From assembly GCA_002773725.1 (NCBI GenBank), contig PFAH01000005.1, positions 17,456 through 81,455 of the forward strand: 64,000 bases of DNA, given 5' to 3'. The notes below the pieces were generated by a model. It was not told the DNA's origin. It did no database searches and saw nothing but the letters and a program-made list of their open reading frames with translations. How positions within the stretch are numbered: position 1 is the stretch's first letter; each line of letters begins with the position of its first letter. Positions 28,664 to 38,015 of this stretch are shown here, piece after piece. The translations under genes and the position numbers were made by a program. Source of the DNA: Candidatus Colwellbacteria bacterium CG10_big_fil_rev_8_21_14_0_10_42_22 (GTDB lineage: Bacteria; Patescibacteriota; Minisyncoccia; UBA6257; Colwellbacteraceae).

Positions 28664-29057
28664 CCGGAACAGCTAAAAGAAGCGCCTGTTTTAAGAGTTT
28701 CGCATCCTCTTCGGATAGCTCAATTTCCTGCCCGACCTTGCCTGTGATGTGCAGTTTCGGTGAGTACGCAGGATGTCTATTCTGCAACCACAATCGGATG
28801 GCTGAAACGTTCTCGTTTTGGATTGCTGAAATGAGCTTGCTCTCAGCCAGATCGTTTAGCCGTTCGAGACCCTCTACTATCGCCCTATCTGTCGCCTGTG
28901 CAAACTTTGGGTCATCTTTCCTCCAACGATAAAAGGATGTCCTCCCAATACCACATTTAGAACACGCAACTTGGATAATTGGTGTTATCTTCAGCTGTTC
29001 GATCATTTTCTCCTTCTGTCGTTCCTGCTTCCTCTCTATTGTCTTATCTTTAGTCAT
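28632..29057 (-). CDS. HTH DNA-binding protein, terminase small-subunit-like
   Basis: 141 aa, HTH (CSKCGIGRTSFYRWRKDD), immediately upstream of and overlapping the terminase large subunit, acidic C-terminal tail. Confidence 0.4.
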   Translation of the reverse strand: MTKDKTIERKQERQKEKMIEQLKITPIIQVACSKCGIGRTSFYRWRKDDPKFAQATDRAIVEGLERLNDLAESKLISAIQNENVSAIRLWLQNRHPAYSPKLHITGKVGQEIELSEEDAKLLKQALLLAVPDEPKDDEEDE

Positions 29058-30393
29058 GATTAATTTTCTTAGCTTTTTTACCGGTAAGTCGCTCCCACCG
29101 GTTCTTTATTACCTCCGCATACGTTGGGACTAACTCCATCATGTTGCATCGGCGATTTAGTTTCTCGGCAACTATAATTGTTGAACCGCTACCTCCGAAT
29201 AAATCGATTACAAGGTCTCCACGCTTTGTTAGAACCTTCATGTATGGGAGAAGAACCTCCACCGGTTTGGTCCCAAAAATTATCGACTGTTGTGAACTTT
29301 TCTCGTCAGCTGCATTGAAGGATATGAAGTCTGTGGGTTGGACTTTCTTGCCCTTCCGATAGCTTTCCCAGGTGGGTTTACCAGATGTAGCAAACAATGC
29401 ATTCTCGTACTCGCTTTGCAAAAATTCATCTGATTCAGGCTCAATATTTAGTTCAACATTTCCTTTAGTCCCGACCAAAGCAATATCAGTTTTATTGAAG
29501 AACTTATATTTAGCTGCGAAGCCCTGTACACGATTCGGGAGGTGCCACGTTATCGTGTTTCTGTATCGCCAGTGTTTTTCGAGCTCTGTCCAAATGACTT
29601 TCAGGTTCTTAGGGTTCTCGAAGACCATTATTGAGAAGTCTTCTTTTTGAATCTGCGCTACATTAGCCATCCACTTTTCCGTGAAATCTGGCGGAAGAAC
29701 GTCTGTCTCAAGGTATTTACGGTCTCTCCTGAGACCGAATCCTTCTGTTGCCTTGCCATGCTTCTTCTTGCCTGTCAGATATGAAAGCAGGTACGGCGGG
29801 TCCACCATACATAAATCCGCTTTCTCTCCATTCATTAGCCTCAGGACATCTTTCTCTAGAGTGCTGTCTCCGCACATTAGGCGATGTTTGCCAAGCTGCC
29901 AGACATCACCCTTTTTCACTTCAATCTTTGTGATGTTCAACTTCTCCAATTCTTTCTGGATGTCGAATTCTTCTGGGCTGTCTTCAATACCGAAGACATC
30001 ATCTAACTCCTCACTTGTGAATCCAATCTCCGAGAGCACATCTTCGTCGAACTCTGCAAGGAGTTGGAAGTCCCACTCTCCTTGGTTGCGGTTAAGCCTC
30101 AGGTTTAGCTCGCGCTCCTTCTCAAGATCCTCTATGTGGAGATAGATGACGGGCACATTTTTTACCCCCATTTCCTCTAGGGCCTTCACTCTCATGTGTC
30201 CGCCGATTATCACTTGCTCCCTTCCCGGTGCGTTATTTACCAAGATCGGATCTACGACTCCGTATCTCTTTAGCGATGTTTTAAGTTGCTCCATATCCTC
30301 TTTTTTGTGTTTACGAGGATTGTATGGTGCTGGTTTAAGTTCCTTTATAGGAACTTGTACGATCTTAAGATCGTCTGGGTTTATTTTGCTCAT
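29050..30393 (-). CDS. ParB-like nuclease domain fused to N6-adenine/N4-cytosine DNA methyltransferase (phage-type orphan MTase)
   Basis: N-terminal ParB motif VIIGGHMRVKAL; MTase motif IV MVDPPYL and motif I DLFGGSGSTIIVAEKL (beta-class order). Confidence 0.8.
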   Translation of the reverse strand: MSKINPDDLKIVQVPIKELKPAPYNPRKHKKEDMEQLKTSLKRYGVVDPILVNNAPGREQVIIGGHMRVKALEEMGVKNVPVIYLHIEDLEKERELNLRLNRNQGEWDFQLLAEFDEDVLSEIGFTSEELDDVFGIEDSPEEFDIQKELEKLNITKIEVKKGDVWQLGKHRLMCGDSTLEKDVLRLMNGEKADLCMVDPPYLLSYLTGKKKHGKATEGFGLRRDRKYLETDVLPPDFTEKWMANVAQIQKEDFSIMVFENPKNLKVIWTELEKHWRYRNTITWHLPNRVQGFAAKYKFFNKTDIALVGTKGNVELNIEPESDEFLQSEYENALFATSGKPTWESYRKGKKVQPTDFISFNAADEKSSQQSIIFGTKPVEVLLPYMKVLTKRGDLVIDLFGGSGSTIIVAEKLNRRCNMMELVPTYAEVIKNRWERLTGKKAKKINHD

Positions 30394-30395
30394 GA

Positions 30396-30794
30396 TTATT
30401 TATTCTTTTGTTTTTTACTTTTTGATTTTTCCGGTTGGTGCCCGGCAAGACTGAGAAATAGTCGGACATCGCTGGCGTTTCCTTTACCGGAGGCAACTTT
30501 CTCGTACAAACCGCCCATAATGTCTGGCGTATGCTCTCGCATCCACTCCTGCAAGAATTGCCATACCAGTGGCCAGAATTCTTCGTGTTTCTTCCAGTCC
30601 GTTAGGGTGTCTTGGTTTACTTTTACTCCGATCTGATCAGCGAATTCCTTCTGCGTTTTTGGCTCGCGGAGCCATTGAGGGAGCGCACACCACCTAGCAA
30701 ATTCGACGAATTCTTGGACTCGTTTAACACCTGGGATAGCAGGAAAAGAATCGGAGTGAATCCGAGTTAGCTGTACGTTTTTGTTTTTACCCAT
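30396..30794 (-). CDS. phage-associated hypothetical protein (first gene of the minus-strand packaging operon)
   Basis: 132 aa, basic C-terminus, 3-nt gap to the ParB-MTase gene; no recognisable motif. Confidence 0.35.
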   Translation of the reverse strand: MGKNKNVQLTRIHSDSFPAIPGVKRVQEFVEFARWCALPQWLREPKTQKEFADQIGVKVNQDTLTDWKKHEEFWPLVWQFLQEWMREHTPDIMGGLYEKVASGKGNASDVRLFLSLAGHQPEKSKSKKQKNK

Positions 30795-30841
30795 CTTTTT
30801 TAAGTAATTGGTTTATTTCGACTTCAGTTCAAACAAAAACA

Positions 30842-30932
30842 CCGACTCTATATAGAGTCGGCATCTGGAAAAGAAAAAAGCTTCGAATCCAGACAATAAT
30901 CTATATAGATTTATATTGTCTTGATTCGAAGC
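30842..30932. promoter_or_regulatory. two palindromic elements in a divergent intergenic region: a 20-bp perfect palindrome (30842..30861) and a ~53-bp near-perfect palindrome (30880..30932)
   Basis: CCGACTCTAT|ATAGAGTCGG is perfect. GCTTCGAATCCAGACAATA...TATTGTCTTGATTCGAAGC has 19-bp arms with one mismatch around an AT-rich core. Both lie upstream of the minus-strand operon start (30794) and before the plus-strand defence operon. Confidence 0.4.
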
Positions 30933-31378
30933 CCTTCCTCACGTTTCCTTTGTGCACGATGGCTCGGAAGCGATTGCAGTCTTTCTTCGGATCTACTGAA
31001 CCTCACTTTTCTCTCTTCTGAATGGCTATGATAGGCCAGGGAGACGAGTGTGTTCTGCCTCAACGGTGTATTTGTAGAACTATCCATAATATACGCCTTA
31101 GTTAGACTATGTGTCAAATGTTGATAACCCGCTTCGCAGAACCCAACGATTAAGCTAGGGTGCCATAGACCAGGAGAAGACTCTTCTGGTAATATGAGTT
31201 TAACAACTGAATAGCCTAACCCTTCCGATTTGGTAGGTATGGCACTAAAGCCGTTGCAGGCATCAAGCTCCTCGTCGGGAGCACCTGCAACGGTCATACG
31301 GGGAAACTCGTGTGGGTGGCTTCGGCCATCGCCTGGCGGGGAGCTTTATGTTCCAGGCCAGGAGAAACCGTTGCAGGT

Positions 31379-32434
31379 ATGGCCATAATTATTTCTAAAA
31401 ACGGCAAGGATGCCAAAAGGGTAGATAAATCTTCTTTTGAGAAAGAGGACAATTTACAAGAGTACATCTACGATAATCCGGAGAGTATTCCGCTATATGA
31501 CATTAAGGAAGATATTCATCTTTTAATCCTCGCTCGCGAGTTTCCTACAAACAGTGGTCCTATTGATGCAATCGGAATAGATAAGGACGGCGATATTTAT
31601 ATTGTAGAAACAAAACTCTATAAGAATTCAGATAAACGTACAGTTGTAGCCCAAGCTCTCGATTATGGAGCAGCTCTTTGGAAGCATTCCAATGACTTCA
31701 ATGAATTCACGGCACGTTTAGATACGGAGGTACAGAGAACTTTTAAAGTCTCGCTGAATGAAAAACTCAGAGACTTCTTCGAGCTCTCAGATGATGAGCT
31801 GACCGAACTCTTAGATCGTGTAAAAGGGAACCTTGATGATGGTATATTACGATTCGTTATATTGATGGATAGCTTAGATGCACGTCTTAAAGACCTCATA
31901 GTTTATGTAAACCAGAATAGCCAATTTGATATCTATGCCGTGGAACTCGAGTATTACAAACACGAGGAGTACGAAATAATTATCCCTAGAATCTACGGAG
32001 CAGAAGTGAAGAAAGACATTAACGTTTTGTCTGGTAAACGTCACAGATGGGATGAGGGGTCATTGTTAGAGGATGCGAAGCAGAAGCTAACCAGCGAAGA
32101 ATTGAGAGCATTTGAGAAGATTTATCAATTTTCAAAAAACAATGCTGACAAGATAAACTTTGGCACTGGTGCATATGCTGCTTTCAGTCCTATATTTTCA
32201 AAATTTAGTAGGATGTCTCTTTTTACTCTTACCACAGACAAACGTTTAGCTTTTAACTTCGAATGGACAGCGAAGATAGATGAAAAAGTAGCAGAACTTT
32301 ACAAAGACAAACTGGAGTCTATTGGGTTCTCGTTTCCAGAAAACTTCAAAGAGATACGCCCAAGTGTACTGCCAGACGAGTGGTTATCCAAAACCGATGG
32401 GTTTCTGAAGATCTTATCGGAGATAATTAAATAG
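31379..32434 (+). CDS. PD-(D/E)XK nuclease-like protein (N-terminal restriction-endonuclease-like core plus helical C-terminal region)
   Basis: IDAIGIDKDGDIYIVETKLY (D...D...E-x-K) nuclease motif; start set at MAIIISK, preceded by an AGGAG-like Shine-Dalgarno; first gene of the operon containing type III mod/res. Confidence 0.4.
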   Translation: MAIIISKNGKDAKRVDKSSFEKEDNLQEYIYDNPESIPLYDIKEDIHLLILAREFPTNSGPIDAIGIDKDGDIYIVETKLYKNSDKRTVVAQALDYGAALWKHSNDFNEFTARLDTEVQRTFKVSLNEKLRDFFELSDDELTELLDRVKGNLDDGILRFVILMDSLDARLKDLIVYVNQNSQFDIYAVELEYYKHEEYEIIIPRIYGAEVKKDINVLSGKRHRWDEGSLLEDAKQKLTSEELRAFEKIYQFSKNNADKINFGTGAYAAFSPIFSKFSRMSLFTLTTDKRLAFNFEWTAKIDEKVAELYKDKLESIGFSFPENFKEIRPSVLPDEWLSKTDGFLKILSEIIK

Positions 32435-32488
32435 AATGACTCTAAAAAATTCCTTGCTTCAACCCCGCCAAGTGGGCATAATCTTGAT

Positions 32489-34711
32489 ATGAGTAGTAAT
32501 CTTTCAGATAACGAAAAAAGAAACATTCTCAAATACATTGAGGCTGGAAAACCACTTCCAGATAAATATAGATTCCTTCTTTTTGAAGATAAGAAAGAAG
32601 TCGAATTGGTGTGGAATGGTAAAACGTCTGAAGTTTCTAATATAGTACTGCCCTTTCAAACAATCGAGGTCGTAGATGAACCACGGGCAGAAGATGCGTC
32701 TGATACGAAAAAGCAAGTACAACCAACTCTTAGAGTAGAACAGGAGTCTCCATTTGATTTTGACGAGCGAGGTAGGCAAATTGCTGGCTGGACGAATAAG
32801 CTTATCTGGGGAGATAACAAGCTGATTCTTTCTAGCCTGAAAAACGGAGTTTTGCGAGAAGAGATTGAGAGAGAAGGCGGACTAAAACTTATTTATATCG
32901 ACCCTCCATTTGATGTCGGTGCAGATTTTTCAATGAAAGTGGAAATTGGCGATGAGGAGCTTACAAAAAAACCAAATGTTCTGGAAGAATTAGCGTATAG
33001 GGATACTTGGGGGAAGGGCGCAGATAGTTTTATCGCCATGATTTATGAACGACTAAGCTTGATGAAAGATTTACTTGCTGATGATGGGAGTATTTATGTG
33101 CACCTTGGAATACAGGTTAACCATTATGTAAGATTGATACTTGAAGAAATATTTGGCAAAGAGAACTTAGTTTCAGAAATTATTTGGGCATATGGTTCGC
33201 CATCTGGTGGAAGAGCTGCAGGAACAAAGTTAGTAAAGATACATGAGTACATACTTCATTTCGCAAAAAATTATAATAATAGAATCGAAAATAAAACCTA
33301 TCTTCCATATAAAGAAGAATATATTAAAGATTGGTTTAAATGGACAGATGCTGACGGAAGGGTGTACCGTAAGCGAATTCGTGGAAAGGACGCTGATGGA
33401 AAACCTGTCTATGAAAAACAATATTTAGACGAAAGTGCTGGAGAGCCAGCTTCAACAGTCTGGAGAGATATAAAACAAATTTACGCCGATCCTAGAGCCT
33501 ATAAATCAAATCAGGGCGATTATAGCGAGATATTAGGATATCCAACACAAAAACCAGAAAAACTTATTGAACGTATTATTAATGCTTCTTCCAATGAAGG
33601 CGATCTTGTCGCCGATTTTTTCTGCGGTTCGGGAACGACACTTGCTGTAGCGGAAAAACTTGGCAGAAAATGGATTGGTTCTGACCTCGGAAAATTCTCT
33701 ATTCATACAACTAGGAAACGAATGATTAATGTGCAGCGAGAATTAAAGAAATCTGGTACCGACTTTCGTGCTTTTGAAATACTTAATCTCGGGAAATATG
33801 AGCGTCAACATTATGTTGGTGTAAACATGAATTTACGTGAAGAAGAGAAACAAAAACAGCTTGCCAAGAAAGAGGCCGACTTTATAGAACTTATTATTAA
33901 GGCATACAAAGCCGAAGCTATTAATAACTTTAAGACATTTGTTGCTAAGAAATCTGGACGATTAGTAGCAGTTGGACCAGTCAATCTACCTGCATCACGA
34001 TTGTTCGTAGAGGAAGTCATTAAGGAATGTATTGATAAACAAATTACAAAAGTAGATATTCTTTCATTTGAATATGAAATGGGACTTTTCCCTAAGATTC
34101 AGGAGGAAGCGAAAGATAAGGGTATCGATCTGGCTCTTAAACATATCCCACGAGAAGTATTCGATAAACGAGCAATTGAGAAAAACCAAGTTCAATTCCA
34201 CGATGTTTCTTATATAGAAGTAAAACCACACATTAAACCCGCTGGGAAAAAGATGGACGGGAAAGTAGCGATAGAACTCACCGACTTCTCCGTTTATTAC
34301 AATCAGGACATCGTTGATAATGTGATTGCTAGCCTTAAGAAGGGATCAGATAAGGTTTTAGTTGAGCAAGGAAATATAATCAAGATAACAAAAGACAAAG
34401 ATGGCATTGTTGAGCAGGAGGTTTTAACGAAGAAATGGACAGATTGGATTGATTACTGGGCAGTGGACTTTGATTTTGAAAGCAAGAAAGAAATTGTTCG
34501 TATAAAAGACGAAAATGGAAAAATTGAAGAAGCTTGGACTGGTAGTTATATATTTGAGAATGAATGGCAGTCTTTCCGAACAAAGAAAGATCGCTCCATT
34601 GAATTAAAAAGTGTTGCGCATGAATGCGAAGCAGGTCGACGTAAAATTGCTATTAAGGTCGTTGATATCTTCGGCAACGATACGATGAAAGTAATTGAAG
34701 TTAATATTTGA
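32489..34711 (+). CDS. mod: type III restriction-modification methyltransferase (Mod), beta-class
   Basis: Motif [11 protein letters not shown] precedes motif [25 protein letters not shown]; 740 aa with a central target-recognition region. Confidence 0.85.
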   Translation: MSSNLSDNEKRNILKYIEAGKPLPDKYRFLLFEDKKEVELVWNGKTSEVSNIVLPFQTIEVVDEPRAEDASDTKKQVQPTLRVEQESPFDFDERGRQIAGWTNKLIWGDNKLILSSLKNGVLREEIEREGGLKLIYIDPPFDVGADFSMKVEIGDEELTKKPNVLEELAYRDTWGKGADSFIAMIYERLSLMKDLLADDGSIYVHLGIQVNHYVRLILEEIFGKENLVSEIIWAYGSPSGGRAAGTKLVKIHEYILHFAKNYNNRIENKTYLPYKEEYIKDWFKWTDADGRVYRKRIRGKDADGKPVYEKQYLDESAGEPASTVWRDIKQIYADPRAYKSNQGDYSEILGYPTQKPEKLIERIINASSNEGDLVADFFCGSGTTLAVAEKLGRKWIGSDLGKFSIHTTRKRMINVQRELKKSGTDFRAFEILNLGKYERQHYVGVNMNLREEEKQKQLAKKEADFIELIIKAYKAEAINNFKTFVAKKSGRLVAVGPVNLPASRLFVEEVIKECIDKQITKVDILSFEYEMGLFPKIQEEAKDKGIDLALKHIPREVFDKRAIEKNQVQFHDVSYIEVKPHIKPAGKKMDGKVAIELTDFSVYYNQDIVDNVIASLKKGSDKVLVEQGNIIKITKDKDGIVEQEVLTKKWTDWIDYWAVDFDFESKKEIVRIKDENGKIEEAWTGSYIFENEWQSFRTKKDRSIELKSVAHECEAGRRKIAIKVVDIFGNDTMKVIEVNI

Positions 34712-35325
34712 TTTTTATGAAAATTTTGGTCAATTTTTACGCAAACGTAACAGAAGGATCTATTAATGACTTAATCCAGTTCATTACAGTTAAGCTTGCA
34801 CAACAAAACCCAGAAAAACCAATAGATGAGATTATAATTCAGATTTCTAGCTCTGGAGGATCTTCTGACCATGGATTACTTGCGTATAATTTTTTAAAAC
34901 AGATTAGCATTCCAAAGACCACCATAGGTATGGGGAACGTAGATAGCGCAGCCATTATGATCTTCTTAGCAGGAGATAAGCGTTTGGCTATGCCGAGTTG
35001 TAGGTTCGTTCTCCATGAGGCTATTGCAACGATAGGCGGTCAATTCACTGCGACTAAGCTTGGTGAGATGTCGAGGTTGATACAAAGGATTACGGACGAT
35101 TACGTAGAAGTGGTTATAAAAGTAGTTGAAGGCAAAAAAGAATATATCACCAAAGAGGTGAAGAAAGGTTCGGTCCTATCTTCTAACGAAGCTAAAAAAA
35201 TGAAACTTGTCTCCGATATTTTAGAGAAACCATATTTAAGCGAGATGAAAAATTTAGATATTCTATTGATTAATAATCCCAGACAACCGGTTCAACAAAA
35301 GCCAGAGAAAAAGTCAGAAATTTAA
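34708..35325 (+). CDS. ClpP-family (S14-like) serine protease homolog embedded between mod and res
   Basis: Alignable to ClpP: [18 protein letters not shown] ~ NPEKDIYLYINSPGG; [21 protein letters not shown]...RFVLHEA ~ ICMGQAASMGAFLLTAG...RVMIHQP, with Ser and His retained. The ATG overlaps the mod stop (ATGA) and the stop is 2 nt before the res ATG. Confidence 0.6.
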   Translation: MIFMKILVNFYANVTEGSINDLIQFITVKLAQQNPEKPIDEIIIQISSSGGSSDHGLLAYNFLKQISIPKTTIGMGNVDSAAIMIFLAGDKRLAMPSCRFVLHEAIATIGGQFTATKLGEMSRLIQRITDDYVEVVIKVVEGKKEYITKEVKKGSVLSSNEAKKMKLVSDILEKPYLSEMKNLDILLINNPRQPVQQKPEKKSEI

Positions 35326-35327
35326 TT

Positions 35328-38000
35328 ATGGCATTACATAAAGATTTTCCTAAATCACCTCACGTAATACTAGATCCAGATACTCGTTGGTTTCCTGCAG
35401 ACGAAACTTTACGAGAGAAAGGATATGAAAAACTACTTCCACCCCTTGTTCATATACTTCGTAAGGAGGTAAAGGAATGGCGAGACAAAAACTATAAAGG
35501 GATAAGCGATACTAGTCGTGCTTTGTTACGTTGGTGGTTCCAGGCAGAGCATCCAGTAGAAACACCAGATGGCACAGTCAATTTTCAGTACTATTTTGCT
35601 CAACGAGAGGCAGTTGAAACTGTAATTTATCTATATGAAGTAGCAAAGGTAAAAGATAAATATGACTTGATTCGCTACGACAGTTCTGGAGCAGTTTCTT
35701 CAAGTATGTTTACTGAAGACTGGTTAAGAATGGTTATTAAGATGGCAACAGGGACTGGAAAAACAAAAGTAATGAGCTTACTAGTCGCGTGGAGCTATTT
35801 TCATAAGATGTATGAAGAAGGATCAAACTTAGCTAGGAATTTTCTTCTTATCACGCCAAACATTATTGTGCTCGATCGTATTAAAAGTGATTTCGAGGGA
35901 TTAAAGATATTCTGGGAAGATCCTATTTTACCAGATAATGGCTTTGAGGGGCAAAACTGGAAAGACGATTTTCAGATGACCATTCATATGCAGGATGAGA
36001 TAAATACTGTTCGTAAGACTGGAAATATTTTCTTAACGAATATTCACCGTGTCTATAACAGCAAGGACAATGCGCCTAGCTCCGATGACGATAATACAAT
36101 GGAGTATTTTTTGGGAGATAAGCCCGTGGCTAAAACGGGTGATTCAAAAGTAAACCTTGGTCAAATCGTACGAGATATTGATGAACTTATGGTTATTAAT
36201 GACGAAGCACATCATATTCATGACGAACGACTTGCTTGGTTTAAGTCTATTGAGGACATTAGTAATCGGATGAAAATGAAGGATAAGTTTTTATCCCTGC
36301 AGATTGATGTCACGGCAACTCCGAAACACACTAATGGATCGATTTTTGTACAGACAATCTCCGACTATCCTTTAGTTGAAGCAATCTACCAGGACGTTGT
36401 GAAACATCCCGTTCTTCCTGATTCTGCTAGTAGAGCCAAGCTACAAGAGCACAAAAGCTCAAAATTCACAGAGAGATATAAGGATTATATCCATCTAGGA
36501 TACCTTGAGTGGAAGAAGGTGTATGACGAGCACAAAAAGCTTGGCAAAAAAGCTGTTTTCTTTGTTATGACCGATGATACTAAAAACGGCGATGACGTAG
36601 CAGAATATCTTGAAACTACTTATCCAGAATTTAAAGATGCAATTCTTGTTATTCATACAAAAAACAATGGTGAAATTGCCGAGACTGTAACGGGCAAGAA
36701 AGAAGAAGAATTAAAAGAGCTTAGAAAAGCCTCAAATGAAATTGATAATTTGGAAAGCCCGCACAAAGCGATTGTCTCGGTTCTAATGCTTAAAGAAGGC
36801 TGGGATGTAAAAAATGTAACCACAATTGTAGGGCTTCGTCCGTACTCTTCCAAAAGCAATATTCTTCCAGAACAAACTCTTGGTCGAGGGCTTAGGCGAA
36901 TGTATAGAGATTCCGACGTAACTGAGTATGTAAGTGTTGTGGGGACTGACGCCTTCATGGACTTTGTGGAGTCTATCAAGAGTGATGGGGTTGAGCTTGA
37001 AAAGAAAAAGATGGGAGAAGGCTCTGAACCAAAAGCTCCTCTGATAGTTGAGATTGATAACGAAAATACTAAAAAAGATATTGAGAAGCTGGACATTCAG
37101 ATTCCAGTCCTTACCCCTCGCATATACAGAGAATACAAGAATATTTCTGACTTGGACGTAAGCAAGTTCCCTCACAAGAAAATCAAGATAAAAGAATTCA
37201 GCGAAAAGGAGAAAAGGGAAATTGTATTTCGTGACATTACTTCGGGAGAGATAACGCACGCAACAGAACTTGATAGCAACTTCATACCAAATTATCAAAG
37301 CGTTATTGGTTACTTCGCTCAAATCATCAGAAAGGAGCTCAGGTTAGTCGGAGGACACGACGTCTTATACGAAAAAGTAAAAGAATTTGTAATTAATCAT
37401 CTCTTTGATAAAAAGGTTGATTTAGAAGACCCGAACACCCTACGTAACTTATCTGAGCTCGAAGCAACAAAAACAATAATTGAAACTTTCAAGAAAGAGA
37501 TAAACGAGCTTACTGTTGTTGATAAAGGTGAGGCTGAAATTCGTGATTATATAAAGATTAGTAAATCTCGTCCGTTTGTTATTAAGGAGCAGGGATTCAT
37601 TGTCCCAAAGAAGAGTGTATTCAACAAAATTGTTGGAGATAGCCATTTCGAACTACAATTCGCCAACTTCCTTGAAGAGTGTGACGATATTATCTCGTAT
37701 GCAAAAAACTATTTCGCTGTTCACTTCAAGATCGATTACAAAGATGCAGATGGGAATATCAGAGACTACTATCCTGATTTCTTTGTAAAGGTATCAGAAA
37801 AAGAGATTTATATTATAGAGACTAAAGGACGTGAGGACTTAGACGATGTAGAGAAAATAAAAAGACTGTATCAGTGGTGTGATGATATAAATGCAGTACA
37901 GAATAAAGTTAAATTCACAGCTCTTTATGTGAAACAAGAAGCTTATGAGAAATATAAGCCATCAAGTTTTGCTGAGTTGGTGAAGAATTTCGTCAAATAA
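35328..38000 (+). CDS. res: type III restriction enzyme Res subunit (SF2 helicase-like ATPase + C-terminal PD-ExK nuclease)
   Basis: Walker A MATGTGKTKV, DEAH box MVINDEAHHI, helicase C motifs, C-terminal YYPDF...IYIIETKGRED nuclease motif. Confidence 0.85.
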   Translation: MALHKDFPKSPHVILDPDTRWFPADETLREKGYEKLLPPLVHILRKEVKEWRDKNYKGISDTSRALLRWWFQAEHPVETPDGTVNFQYYFAQREAVETVIYLYEVAKVKDKYDLIRYDSSGAVSSSMFTEDWLRMVIKMATGTGKTKVMSLLVAWSYFHKMYEEGSNLARNFLLITPNIIVLDRIKSDFEGLKIFWEDPILPDNGFEGQNWKDDFQMTIHMQDEINTVRKTGNIFLTNIHRVYNSKDNAPSSDDDNTMEYFLGDKPVAKTGDSKVNLGQIVRDIDELMVINDEAHHIHDERLAWFKSIEDISNRMKMKDKFLSLQIDVTATPKHTNGSIFVQTISDYPLVEAIYQDVVKHPVLPDSASRAKLQEHKSSKFTERYKDYIHLGYLEWKKVYDEHKKLGKKAVFFVMTDDTKNGDDVAEYLETTYPEFKDAILVIHTKNNGEIAETVTGKKEEELKELRKASNEIDNLESPHKAIVSVLMLKEGWDVKNVTTIVGLRPYSSKSNILPEQTLGRGLRRMYRDSDVTEYVSVVGTDAFMDFVESIKSDGVELEKKKMGEGSEPKAPLIVEIDNENTKKDIEKLDIQIPVLTPRIYREYKNISDLDVSKFPHKKIKIKEFSEKEKREIVFRDITSGEITHATELDSNFIPNYQSVIGYFAQIIRKELRLVGGHDVLYEKVKEFVINHLFDKKVDLEDPNTLRNLSELEATKTIIETFKKEINELTVVDKGEAEIRDYIKISKSRPFVIKEQGFIVPKKSVFNKIVGDSHFELQFANFLEECDDIISYAKNYFAVHFKIDYKDADGNIRDYYPDFFVKVSEKEIYIIETKGREDLDDVEKIKRLYQWCDDINAVQNKVKFTALYVKQEAYEKYKPSSFAELVKNFVK

Positions 38001-38015
38001 AACGATCGTTTAGCC

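Noticed and set aside
29681-30145. 154-aa plus-strand Ser-rich ORF
   Set aside because: Antisense within the ParB-methyltransferase gene; low-complexity translation.
30911-31297. 128-aa minus-strand ORF in the divergent intergenic region
   Set aside because: No motifs and no ribosome-binding-site context. It overlaps the N-terminal extension of the plus-strand gene. The region is better explained as a regulatory spacer containing palindromes.
31310-31378. N-terminal extension (MWVASAIAWRGALCSRPGETVAG) of the PD-(D/E)XK-like gene
   Set aside because: The extension has no Shine-Dalgarno sequence, whereas the internal ATG at 31379 is preceded by an AGGAG-like site and begins the conserved part (MAIIISKNG).
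36653-37322. Two antisense ORFs (147 aa and 179 aa) inside res
   Set aside because: They lie entirely within the well-supported type III Res reading frame on the opposite strand and have low-complexity translations.
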